From: Candidatus Neptunichlamydia sp. | GTDB taxonomy: Bacteria > Chlamydiota > Chlamydiia > Chlamydiales > Simkaniaceae | DNA: 64,000 nt | NCBI GenBank assembly: GCA_965233865.1 | Contig: OZ247587.1 | Coordinates: 1,632,001-1,696,000, forward strand | Reading direction: 5' to 3' | Shown: piece after piece, positions 37,939 to 47,176 of the stretch | How positions within the stretch are numbered: the first letter of the stretch is position 1 | Layout of the letters: each line of letters begins with the position of its first letter | Program-made: the position numbers and the translations under genes | The notes under the pieces: generated by a model | What the model was told of the DNA's origin: nothing | The model's input: the letters and a program-made list of their open reading frames with translations, nothing else | Database searches by the model: none

Positions 37939-39242
37939 CAAATCGATTTCATTTTTTAGGTGTGGGGGGAATTGGAATGAGCGCTCTTGCTCATGTTTTA
38001 ATTGAAAGGGGAGATAGCGTTTCGGGTTCTGATTTAAAAGTGCTTCCTCATTTGAGCGGCAAAGGGATTGATGTTACACAATCACTGCCAAAAGAGGGAA
38101 CTATTGTATATAGCTCAGCAATTGAGCAAGATAATCTTCTCTTTATTGAAGCCAAAAATCATGGCCTTCCTGTAATCCATCGTTCAGAGCTCATAAAAAT
38201 TCTTCTCGAAGGTAAAAAGGGGCTTTTAGTTGCTGGAACTCATGGAAAAACAAGCACCTCTGCTCTCTTGGCTTGGACGTTAATATCTGCAGGAAGACAA
38301 CTCACCTATGCTGTTGGGGGAATCCTCCAAAATCTTCAAAAAAATGGAGGGTATGGGGATGGAGAGTACTTCGCATTAGAAGCTGACGAAAGTGATGGAA
38401 GCTTCCTCAATTACGAAGGAGAGGGAGCCATTATCACCAATATCGAAAAAGAACATCTTGAATACTGGAAAACAGAGAAAAAACTTTTAGAAGGGTTTCA
38501 AACTTTTATTTCCAAAGTAAAAAACCCCAAACTTTTATTTTGGTGCAGTGATGATCCCCTCATTACACAGCTCTCTCCTCCAGGAATTTCCTACGGGAAG
38601 AGCGGAAACCTAAAGCTCATCGCATGTAGGCAAAGCAGAGGATTCACTTTTTTTTCTGCAGAGTTTGAGGGTAAAACATACTCAGATATGGAGTTTCCTA
38701 TAATGGGTGAAATCCTTGCGCTGAATGCCCTTGCTGTATTTGGAATGGCTCTGAAACTAGGTCTTACTGAAAAGGAAATTCGCAATGCCTTCAAAACCTT
38801 TAAGGGCGTCAAGCGGCGGCAGGAAAAAATTGGAGAAGTGGGGCGGATTGCAATATATGATGATTATGCGCACCATCCGACAGAAATTCAAGTTCTTTTA
38901 GCAAGCATGAAAAAAGGAATGGGAAAAAGACGCCTTATTGCCCTTTTTCAGCCTCATAGATACACCAGAACACGTGATCTTTTTGCTGAGTTTACAAGAG
39001 CATTTACAAAGGCTGATCTTACAATTATCACCAATCTCTACCCTGCAGGAGAAAAACGCATACCGGGTATTAGCGGAAAAAATCTAGCCCGGAAGGTGAA
39101 GGGAGACCATACTCTCTTTCTAGACAAAGATAAACTTTTAACCTACTTGCCAAAACTTTTGATTCCTGGGGATGTTCTTATTACAATAGGTGCAGGCGAT
39201 ATTACAGCCATTGGGCCTCAGATCATCAAAGCAATCTCATGA
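37935..39242 (+). CDS. murC: UDP-N-acetylmuramate--L-alanine ligase (stand-alone, no Ddl domain)
   Basis: GVGGIGMSALA, GTHGKTST, EADESDGSF, DDYAHHPTEI, and FQPHRYTRT. Confidence 0.94.
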   Translation: MTNRFHFLGVGGIGMSALAHVLIERGDSVSGSDLKVLPHLSGKGIDVTQSLPKEGTIVYSSAIEQDNLLFIEAKNHGLPVIHRSELIKILLEGKKGLLVAGTHGKTSTSALLAWTLISAGRQLTYAVGGILQNLQKNGGYGDGEYFALEADESDGSFLNYEGEGAIITNIEKEHLEYWKTEKKLLEGFQTFISKVKNPKLLFWCSDDPLITQLSPPGISYGKSGNLKLIACRQSRGFTFFSAEFEGKTYSDMEFPIMGEILALNALAVFGMALKLGLTEKEIRNAFKTFKGVKRRQEKIGEVGRIAIYDDYAHHPTEIQVLLASMKKGMGKRRLIALFQPHRYTRTRDLFAEFTRAFTKADLTIITNLYPAGEKRIPGISGKNLARKVKGDHTLFLDKDKLLTYLPKLLIPGDVLITIGAGDITAIGPQIIKAIS

Positions 39243-39949
39243 AACTCCTCAAACCTATATTTCCTGTTTGTTTTGCTCTTTTTTCAACCTTTGGTTTCTA
39301 CGCCGCTCTCTCATACTTTGAGCGGCAAAAACCTCCTCCTGCTCCAGTCAAAGCCATTGCTCAGACGGGCCCCTTAAAAGATGCCTTAAAAACCCACTAT
39401 TTAGCAGAGCTTCTCGATCTATCTGTAGACCATCCCCGATCGATTACGGCAGAAGAGGCTGAAAAAATTTTGATTGAACACCCTTGTATTAAAAAGGTAG
39501 CTGTTTCTTTCCTCAACCCTAAGACACTCTATATTGATTATACTTTGAGGATGCCACAATTCATCCTTGGCGACGTTGAAAACCTTGCTCTTGATAAACA
39601 TGGTGCAGTGTTTCCCTTGGCCCCTTACTATACCCCTAAACGCCTTCCTACTCTCTATTTGGGGGAAGGGTATTTTGAGGAAAAGAAAGAGATTGCTACG
39701 CATCTTCTCGAGGTATTTAGCGGTGAGGTTACAATGATTGACGTCTCAAACTGTTTGGAGCCATCGCTAGGCAAACGGGAAATTGTGATTGCTCTTGGCC
39801 CTCATCTGCTTAGGCTTACTCCTAAACGGTATCTAAAGGAGATCGCTCACTACCAAAAAATTTGCATAAAAATGGGAAATGACCCTCTTATTATAGATCT
39901 TCGTGTCCCGAATCTTGCTTACATTGTTCTCTCCTCCGGGGATGGTTGA
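39239..39949 (+). CDS. ftsQ: FtsQ/DivIB-like cell division protein
   Basis: TM anchor, POTRA-like HPCIKKVAV...PKTLYIDYTLRMP, C-terminal IDLR; last gene of the dcw cluster. Confidence 0.65.
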   Translation: MKLLKPIFPVCFALFSTFGFYAALSYFERQKPPPAPVKAIAQTGPLKDALKTHYLAELLDLSVDHPRSITAEEAEKILIEHPCIKKVAVSFLNPKTLYIDYTLRMPQFILGDVENLALDKHGAVFPLAPYYTPKRLPTLYLGEGYFEEKKEIATHLLEVFSGEVTMIDVSNCLEPSLGKREIVIALGPHLLRLTPKRYLKEIAHYQKICIKMGNDPLIIDLRVPNLAYIVLSSGDG

Positions 39950-40015
39950 CAGAGCACTGGCAAATAAACAATAAATCTTTTACTTTTGTCTTTTACAGTT
40001 TTTAAGGTGAAAGAG

Positions 40016-41386
40016 ATGTTACTTGAGAGATTTGAAGAGAAAGGACTTTCTCACTACTCGTATGCAGTAGGGTGTAAAGAAAAGGGGCAGATTGCAATTA
40101 TTGACCCCCAGTTCGATGTGGATATTTATCTAGAATATGCGGAGAAAAATCAGCTTGTTATTTCTCATGTCTTCGAAACGCATATTCATGCTGACTATGC
40201 ATCTGGAGCACGCTACCTTGCAAATCGAGCAGGGGCGACTCTTGGAATATCAGCTTACGATAAGGGGGAGAAGTATGAAGTGGACTTCCCTCATAAAGAG
40301 TGTTTTGATGGAGATAGCTTTCAGCTTGGAAGTTTGACTATTAAGATTCTTTATACCCCCGGTCATACTCCCGAACATATTTCCTTTTTAGCTTTAGAAG
40401 GAGGCGAGCCTCGAGCTCTATTTTCTGGTGACTTTCTTTTTGTCGGCTCGGTCGGTCGCCCTGACCTTATTGGAAAAGATGCAACAATGGGTCTTGCAAA
40501 ACAGTTGTACTGTTCAACAAAGGAAAAGCTTGAGGGGCTTCCCTACACTTTAGAAATCTATCCCTCTCATGGAGCAGGCTCTTTTTGTGGGGGAGGAATT
40601 GCAAGCCGTCCTTTTTCAACACTGGGTCAGGAAAGATTTTCCAATCCCTTTTTAAAGCCAAATATTACCGAGAAAGAATTTATCGATCTGATTCTCTTGC
40701 AGATCCCCCTGCGCCCTAACTATTTTCTTCTGATGAAGGAGTACAATTCTTGTAGCAAACGGTGTCAACCTGCCTCTACAATCCCCTTGGAACTTGCCGA
40801 GTTTAAGAAGAAGCTTAAAAAAGGGGCTGCAATTATTGACTTGCGGGATCAGCACGCATTTAGCAAACGTCATATCCCAGGGTCGATTTGCATCGGTAGG
40901 GGAGAAAAGGTGGGTTTTTGGGCTTCTACGGCCGTTTCCTATGATGTTCCTATTCTCGTTGTAACAAACGATCCCTTGACCGTTCCAGACGCTTTTGCTT
41001 CTCTTGCTCGTGTGGGACTTACCAACGTGGAAGGTTATCTGAAAGGGGGGATCGATATGTGGGAGGAGAATGGAGAGAATATTGAAAAAACTCTGGAAAT
41101 ATCTCCTCAGGCGCTCAACAATGCAAAAAAAGTTCATGTGATCGATGTACGTTCACTCGGTGAGTGGGTAGGGGGACATATTGAGAATTCTCTCCATATT
41201 CCTTGTAGTGAGCTTAGCGGAAAGGTAGACGAGCTCCCAGAAGGTCCACTTGTTTTTGTTTGCGCAGAGGGATACCGCTCCATTCTAGCTGCAAGTATTG
41301 CTCTAAATCATGGAAGAAAGTCAGTTACCCATCTCCCTGGTGGTGTCATGGCTTGGCACGGGGCTGGTCTCCCCCTCACTATCTAA
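40016..41386 (+). CDS. MBL-fold hydrolase / rhodanese fusion (persulfide dioxygenase-sulfurtransferase-like)
   Basis: ETHIHADY, TPGHTPEH, GDFLFVGSVGRPDL, HGAGSFCG, and two rhodanese domains (CAEGYRS). Confidence 0.87.
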   Translation: MLLERFEEKGLSHYSYAVGCKEKGQIAIIDPQFDVDIYLEYAEKNQLVISHVFETHIHADYASGARYLANRAGATLGISAYDKGEKYEVDFPHKECFDGDSFQLGSLTIKILYTPGHTPEHISFLALEGGEPRALFSGDFLFVGSVGRPDLIGKDATMGLAKQLYCSTKEKLEGLPYTLEIYPSHGAGSFCGGGIASRPFSTLGQERFSNPFLKPNITEKEFIDLILLQIPLRPNYFLLMKEYNSCSKRCQPASTIPLELAEFKKKLKKGAAIIDLRDQHAFSKRHIPGSICIGRGEKVGFWASTAVSYDVPILVVTNDPLTVPDAFASLARVGLTNVEGYLKGGIDMWEENGENIEKTLEISPQALNNAKKVHVIDVRSLGEWVGGHIENSLHIPCSELSGKVDELPEGPLVFVCAEGYRSILAASIALNHGRKSVTHLPGGVMAWHGAGLPLTI

Positions 41387-42766
41387 GATGAGCTTTTTCT
41401 CCCTCCATTTTCCCCTTGAAAAGCGGATTAGAAGTAAAGTTGCTGCCATCAAGCTGTAAAACGTCCAGATATTGAGAGCTCGTTCTATAGGCGCTTTTGG
41501 GATAACAACAAAAAAGTAAGTAGGAAGTAACATAAAGCACCAAATTGAGATAAGCCCTAAGATCATAGGGAAAAAAGTATCCCCTGCTGAGGTTAGAAGA
41601 CCACTAAGAAGCCATCTAACGTTTTCCAGAGTCAAGTAGATGATCAATGTAATCATTGCAAATTTGAGAGAAATCTTCACTTCTCCTAGTAACTCAGGAG
41701 AAATCCCCAATGCTGAGCCTGTTAAAGCTTCGGGGTTTTTGAAGAAGAGGTCTATAAAAAACTCAGAAAAAGTCCCTAAAAAAACAGCAAGGACTGCTCC
41801 GAAAATCAGAGAGAGCTTAATTCCTGACCAGAAGAGGCGCTTGACTTCATGGTGTTGATTGGCTCCAATTAAGTTTCCGGCAATCGCAGCCGCCCCCTTT
41901 TCCAGTCCAAGGCCGAAAAACAGGAAGAGAAGAAGAATGCTTTGAGTGACGCTTGCAACTAGAATGTGTTTTGTGCTAATTTGCTCCATCATCATATAAA
42001 ATTTTGCCCATCCAAGGAGTTCGAATAGAACAAAAAGGGCTGGAGGAGCACCGACGCGCATACACTTAAAAAAAAGGGTTTTGTTGAATCTCCAATTTCC
42101 AGTTCCAAAAGATTGTTGATTCTTTTTTCGGAGGAATAACATTCCAATAATCATAACTTGAACGATAATTCCAATTCCTGTTGCGATGGCTGCACCTTTG
42201 ATGCCCATCGAAGGACATCCAAATTTTCCAAAAATAAAAATAGGATCGAGGATGATATTCACTCCATTCCCAAGGACTCCCATCCATTTGATGATGCTTG
42301 TTTTACCCTGGCCGATATAGAAGGCCGAAATGGCAGTGAGAAGAGTAAGCCAGGGAGCAAAGTAATTGTTCCACCTGAAGTATTCTACTTCATTGGTATT
42401 CATGAGCCCAATTTTCATAAAGTAGTCACTTCCGAAAAATCCGAGTGCAAAGAAGAAGATAAAAGAGAGGCCCGAAAACCAAATCATTTGCCAAACAGGA
42501 TTTCCCAATTTTTGATACTGTTTTGATCCATTGTATTGGGCGACAAAAACTTCTCCCATCGCTGCAAATGTGACACACATGAAACTTCCTGCCCAAAAGA
42601 GAGTCCCTGCGCTTGTTGCTGCGCTCAGAGCATCTGCAGAATAATAGGAGAGGAAGAGACGGTCGGCAAACATCATCGCTACCATGGATAAAAAAGAGAT
42701 CATCAATGCTGAAGAGACCTTCCAAAGTTGCCGTAGCGATCCATTGGAGATTTCATGCGTGCTCAT
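41321..42766 (-). CDS. MATE family efflux transporter
   Basis: VAQYNG, NIILDPIFIFG, GIKGAAIAT, and about 12 TM segments. Confidence 0.88.
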   Translation of the reverse strand: MSTHEISNGSLRQLWKVSSALMISFLSMVAMMFADRLFLSYYSADALSAATSAGTLFWAGSFMCVTFAAMGEVFVAQYNGSKQYQKLGNPVWQMIWFSGLSFIFFFALGFFGSDYFMKIGLMNTNEVEYFRWNNYFAPWLTLLTAISAFYIGQGKTSIIKWMGVLGNGVNIILDPIFIFGKFGCPSMGIKGAAIATGIGIIVQVMIIGMLFLRKKNQQSFGTGNWRFNKTLFFKCMRVGAPPALFVLFELLGWAKFYMMMEQISTKHILVASVTQSILLLFLFFGLGLEKGAAAIAGNLIGANQHHEVKRLFWSGIKLSLIFGAVLAVFLGTFSEFFIDLFFKNPEALTGSALGISPELLGEVKISLKFAMITLIIYLTLENVRWLLSGLLTSAGDTFFPMILGLISIWCFMLLPTYFFVVIPKAPIERALNIWTFYSLMAATLLLIRFSRGKWREKKLILDSEGETSPVPSHDTTREMGN

Positions 42767-42903
42767 ATTGCCTTTTGGGGTGGAACTTTACTAAACAGAA
42801 CTTAAGTTTACTCTAAGGAAAGAAATTTCGAAAAGTGAATTTTTTTTCTATTGGAAATATATTACTCCATCGGTTATGTTTTTACACTTAAGTCCAATAT
42901 TGT

Positions 42904-42976
42904 GGGGGCTTAGCTCAGTTGGTAGAGCGTCTGATTTGCATTCAGAAGGTCAGGAGTTCGACTCTCCTAGCCTCCA
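42904..42976 (+). tRNA. tRNA-Ala (TGC)
   Basis: GGGGGCTTAGCTCAGTTGGTAGAGCGTCTGATTTGCATTCAGA...GTTCGACTCTCCTAGCCTCCA. Confidence 0.95.
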
Positions 42977-42988
42977 CAATTTTTTTAT

Positions 42989-43062
42989 GCGGTTATAGCT
43001 CAGTTGGTTAGAGCGCTACACTGATAATGTAGAGGTCCCAAGTTCAAGTCTTGGTAACCGCA
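42989..43062 (+). tRNA. tRNA-Ile (GAT)
   Basis: GCGGTTATAGCTCAGTTGGTTAGAGCGCTACACTGATAATGTAG...GTTCAAGTCTTGGTAACCGCA. Confidence 0.95.
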
Positions 43063-43192
43063 CACATTTTTGTGGATTTGTAGAGATATCGTCTGTTGAA
43101 TCTGTTTTACGGTGACTAGGCAGAATTAGAATGATAAAATAGCCGGTAGTGTTGCACAAATCTTGATTCCCGAGTAGGAGCTTTCTTTGCTA

Positions 43193-43957
43193 GGCTCTGT
43201 CCTCAAAGTTTACACCACATGATGATCGAAGCAAACAAGAGAGCTCCTTTAAACATGCAAACTGTTTTATCATAATATGTTGCAATTCTTCGAAACTCTT
43301 TAATGCGTCCAAAGAACCTTTCGACAGCATTTCGTTCTTTATACGTATGCTCATCATACTGAATGGTTGTTTTCCTACTTTTTCTCCCAGGAATTACTGG
43401 AGTAATCCCTTTCTCTACTAAAATTTTCCTAAATGGATCACTATCATATCCTCTGTCAGCAAGCAAAAAACTACAGCAGTCATCTCTCAAAAGGGCTTCT
43501 CCCTGGCCAATATCAGATTGCTGACCCGCAGTAATAATAAATCTCAAAGGCATTCCCAATGCATCGATTTTTCAATCTCTTTGGGTTTGATTCCCCGCAG
43601 CTTGCTGCGTAAAAGCTGAACAAGTATAGTTTTTTGGCATGAGTGAATATATTCATAAAAGTCATAATGTCTCAGTTTTGATGTACCACATAGTTTGTCC
43701 GGCCAAATACAGGAAAGCGGTATTTGACAAGAGTGTTGATGAAGAAATTAAGGTCATATGCCTTGAAATTTCAAAGAGATATGAGATAAATTTTTTAGAG
43801 ATCGGTGTTGATAAGGACCATGTTCACTGAATCTTTGAAGAAAATCCTCCACAACTTCTTCCTAAAGCTTGATTTTCTTGTCCTCCTTGTGCACCTGCCG
43901 TTTTATACCTTTCAATGAAGCTGGATTAGTGCATAGAGAAGCTGACATAACAGAGCC
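43193..43957 (-). mobile_element. IS5 family (IS427-like) degenerate element, interrupted by an IS200 fragment
   Basis: IRs GGCTCTGTCCTCA / CATAACAGAGCC; ALGRSCGGFSSKI upstream of the insert; DALGMPLRF...ADRGYDS...YKERNAVERFF downstream. Confidence 0.85.
43570..43830 (+). mobile_element. IS200/IS605 TnpA 5' fragment with left-end hairpin
   Basis: YHIVCPAKYRK and DKDHVH (HUH) truncated; CGCAGCTTGCTGCG hairpin upstream. Confidence 0.85.
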
Positions 43958-44131
43958 TTCTGTTTAATTTTATAGATAGAAGCAACACTTTAGATTATCA
44001 ATTCGAATGCTTTAAATATTTTTTTACACTTATATGCTCTCTGCATTCTCCATGCAGGGGTTTTTTCATGAGCATGTTAATAATTATTTTAAGCCTGTAT
44101 ATTCCGTAAGAGGGAAACTTTCGAAAAGGAA

Positions 44132-45079
44132 TTAAGCCTCTATTTTTACAGGCTCTTTTGATCCCTTAACAATGTATCCTTGTTTCAGCTCTGCTTGGTA
44201 AACGACAAAGAGTCCCAAGGAAACGACTGAAGTGGAAACTAAAATTTGCCAAGAAGGGGCTTCTCCCAAAATAATCCAGCTGTTGAGTGAAGCGAAGATG
44301 GGGCTCAAAAGGCCCATGAAAGAGAGAAAAGTTGCAGTATATTTCTTGAGCATGAACCCGTAGAGGTTATAGCAAAGAATGTTTGAGACAAGAGTCATAA
44401 TAACGATACCCCGAATAAAGGGAGCTAGGTGTCCTGCTGCAATAGGCATTGGGGACCAATTGTCGACAAAGAAGGAGTGAACAAAGGCTATGGACCCTCC
44501 AATCAGCATGCTGTACCCATTTGCATAAAGAGGGGAAAGGGTTTGATTTTTAACAATAATGCGAAGAAGCACCCATCCGTAGACTGAAAAGAGAGCTGCT
44601 CCCATAATTGCAAGTTCAGGCCAGGAGAAAAAGCTGAAGGCTTTGAGAAGCCCTTCATCTCCTGTTTGCATCATCAGCACTGGAAAGAATCCTGCAAAAC
44701 CTATAAGCATCCCAAATAACTTTTTCTTATTCATCTTTTCTCCAAAATGGATATAGGAGAAAATTGCTGCAAAAAAAGGTGAGAGGCTATAGATAAAACA
44801 TGTTTTAGCAGCTGTTAGGTGCTGGAGCCCCCAAAACTCTAAAACATTCGTTAAATAAATACTGAAAATCGATAGGGCAAGGATTGGAAGAATTTGTTTT
44901 TTCCCAATTTTTAAACTGCTATTATTTTTAATAAAGAGCCAACTGAGAAGGATAATTCCTGCAAAGATCATGCGGAAGCTTGTTAAAAACACAGGGGGGC
45001 TGCTTTCAAGTGCCACCTTCCCAAGTGAAAAAACACTCGACCAGGCAGCATACATAAAGATAACAAGGAATATCGACAT
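44132..45079 (-). CDS. DMT/EamA family transporter
   Basis: About 10 TM segments; PPVFLTSFRM, LSPFFAAIFSY..FGEK, and LSPIFASL..WIILGE. Confidence 0.88.
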   Translation of the reverse strand: MSIFLVIFMYAAWSSVFSLGKVALESSPPVFLTSFRMIFAGIILLSWLFIKNNSSLKIGKKQILPILALSIFSIYLTNVLEFWGLQHLTAAKTCFIYSLSPFFAAIFSYIHFGEKMNKKKLFGMLIGFAGFFPVLMMQTGDEGLLKAFSFFSWPELAIMGAALFSVYGWVLLRIIVKNQTLSPLYANGYSMLIGGSIAFVHSFFVDNWSPMPIAAGHLAPFIRGIVIMTLVSNILCYNLYGFMLKKYTATFLSFMGLLSPIFASLNSWIILGEAPSWQILVSTSVVSLGLFVVYQAELKQGYIVKGSKEPVKIEA

Positions 45080-45150
45080 AGCCAAATTTTTATTTTAACA
45101 CGCTAGAAATGCCAATCTTATCAGATGAACGAGAAAGGGATCAACGGAAA

Positions 45151-46911
45151 TTATGCAGCAGCAGCTCTCAGGTAGAGACTCTGAATGCGGCGTTGCCTTT
45201 CTTGTTCTATTTTTCTTTTCTGCTCTTCTTGTTCCATGATAAGAGGGTGGTCATTTGTATAGAACATTTTCATCCCTTTTGCTTTGAGAAGGTTTCGTCC
45301 TCGCATCAAAGGACTATCAAGATTAAACTTTGTTCTTGTCTTACTGGCATAGCGGTCAGGAACCATCCGAAGAGGAATGGGATTCTGGTGACCAAAATCA
45401 TTGCCACCCCATTCGAAACCATGAGCATGAGTGAGTTGCTGTTGTCCCTCGATCATGCCTTCTGATGAGCGCGATGCTTGCGTTGCCTGGTGAGCTCCAT
45501 GAATATTGACCATAAAAAGCTCTTTAAAGAGAGGCTTCGTAAGAATGTCATGGGGGTTCTCTAGGGGAATATCTTTTTCTAGGTTTCTCCAACTTTGCAG
45601 AGCTGCAGAAATAGATGAGGCAAGAGATGTGCGGTCAATACTGCTTTTGCAATGGTCAATAACTGGTATTTTTAAAATTTTCATTGCAAGGTTTCGGTAG
45701 AAAAATTCTTCTTCTGGTTTGAGCTTGCTTGGGTTGCTAAGGCGATTTTTAGCAGATTGCAAAAGCTGATTATCGTGTGCACTGATAGATGAATTATTTA
45801 GAATGGCATCATCGATCAATGGAAAGAGCAAAGCATAGGCTTCATTGTTGATTTTGGTTTGCTTCCAAGGAGTTCCAAGTAAGGGAGCCAAAGAGTTAAA
45901 TCCCTGATTGAAATAGAGGGGTTTGATCGTAACGGTGTGCTGTGTTCCAATTTTGTCAGTCAGCGTAATAGGTCCTCGTGAAAGGGCACCAAAAATCTCT
46001 TTTTCTCTGAGCATGGAGTCTCTCTCATCAAGCCCTACTAGACCCGAGGTGCCGATTCCAAGAAATAGATTTGAAGACATCAGGTTATTCAACATAAACG
46101 TAAGTTCATATCCGTTTTCAGTTTTTTTCAGGCCTTTTTGGGCTGCAGGATTTTTTGCCAATTCGTTTTGAAAAATAAAGCTAAGCTGTTCCATTGCTTT
46201 AGATTCAGTGTCTCCACGGCCCGTGTAAGTGATTGATTCACCCGTAGTGTAATCATCGATGCGGCGCATCATGGAGATGCTTTTTGCGAATCGATCGTTG
46301 CTTGCAGTGACAGTATTTTGGAGAACTTCTGTTTCCTCGCTTTCATTTGTAAATGAGTAGCCTGATGGGCCATTATGATGCCAACGAGCAATTGAATACG
46401 TTTTAGATAACTCCTCGGATACCAGAGATTGGATATTAGGTTTTACCACAAAATCTCGAACCTGTTTCAGGCTAAAATTGACCCATGCTTTTGTCTTAAC
46501 TCTTCCTAGGAGCTTTCGGTCATAATTGATGAGTCCTTGACTTACGGATCCTTTAAGGCTTCCTTTTTTGCGGACATTTGTCCAGGCTACCTTTATAATG
46601 TGCATCGTTCTAGACCAAACACCTTTAACTTTTGCTTTGAGGCCATCTTCAAAACCGCGGTATCGATCAGCTGTTGTGATTTTACCATTTTCCCAGAGGT
46701 TTTTATTTTCTTTGACCTGCTCCTTGGCAACGTGATAGAGCATATCATCGCGACTTTTGAAATGCATAGTAGGGGGCTTTGCTTTTTGCCCATCAAGGAA
46801 CTTAATTTCCGTGCTTGAGTGGCCATGATCAATGTAGTATGCTGATCCTGTGCGACTTTCTGGAAATAATTGATCTTGAAGAAGATGTAAACTAATTTTT
46901 TCAATACCCAT
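45151..46911 (-). CDS. Hypothetical protein with a CX5R phosphatase loop (SopB/IpgD-like candidate effector)
   Basis: IPVIDHCKSSIDRTSL motif in the C-terminal third. Confidence 0.65.
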   Translation of the reverse strand: MGIEKISLHLLQDQLFPESRTGSAYYIDHGHSSTEIKFLDGQKAKPPTMHFKSRDDMLYHVAKEQVKENKNLWENGKITTADRYRGFEDGLKAKVKGVWSRTMHIIKVAWTNVRKKGSLKGSVSQGLINYDRKLLGRVKTKAWVNFSLKQVRDFVVKPNIQSLVSEELSKTYSIARWHHNGPSGYSFTNESEETEVLQNTVTASNDRFAKSISMMRRIDDYTTGESITYTGRGDTESKAMEQLSFIFQNELAKNPAAQKGLKKTENGYELTFMLNNLMSSNLFLGIGTSGLVGLDERDSMLREKEIFGALSRGPITLTDKIGTQHTVTIKPLYFNQGFNSLAPLLGTPWKQTKINNEAYALLFPLIDDAILNNSSISAHDNQLLQSAKNRLSNPSKLKPEEEFFYRNLAMKILKIPVIDHCKSSIDRTSLASSISAALQSWRNLEKDIPLENPHDILTKPLFKELFMVNIHGAHQATQASRSSEGMIEGQQQLTHAHGFEWGGNDFGHQNPIPLRMVPDRYASKTRTKFNLDSPLMRGRNLLKAKGMKMFYTNDHPLIMEQEEQKRKIEQERQRRIQSLYLRAAAA

Positions 46912-47176
46912 TTTAATGGACCCTATTCATGTTTTAATTAATTATAACATATTTTTTATAAATAGTTATTATTAAAATAATATTTATAATAATATAAATC
47001 TATATAACAATAGCATCCTGATTCAATGGACTGAAACTCTACACTGTGCCGTCCTCGAACAATCCCCACCCCCATCCTGAGTCAGGAGGGTTTCGTCGCT
47101 TATGAAGATAGATTGGCTAAAGGAGAAGTATGATGACCATTTACACAGTTCAGCATACTCACTAAGTGTAGATTTG

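Noticed and set aside
42904..43062. rRNA operon implied by the tRNA-Ala/tRNA-Ile pair
   Set aside because: The flanks are a MATE gene and IS remnants with no 16S/23S sequence; free-standing tRNAs are usual in Chlamydiae.
47000..47176. GC-rich patch and small hairpin downstream of mscS
   Set aside because: No recognisable RNA family, repeat copy or convincing ORF.
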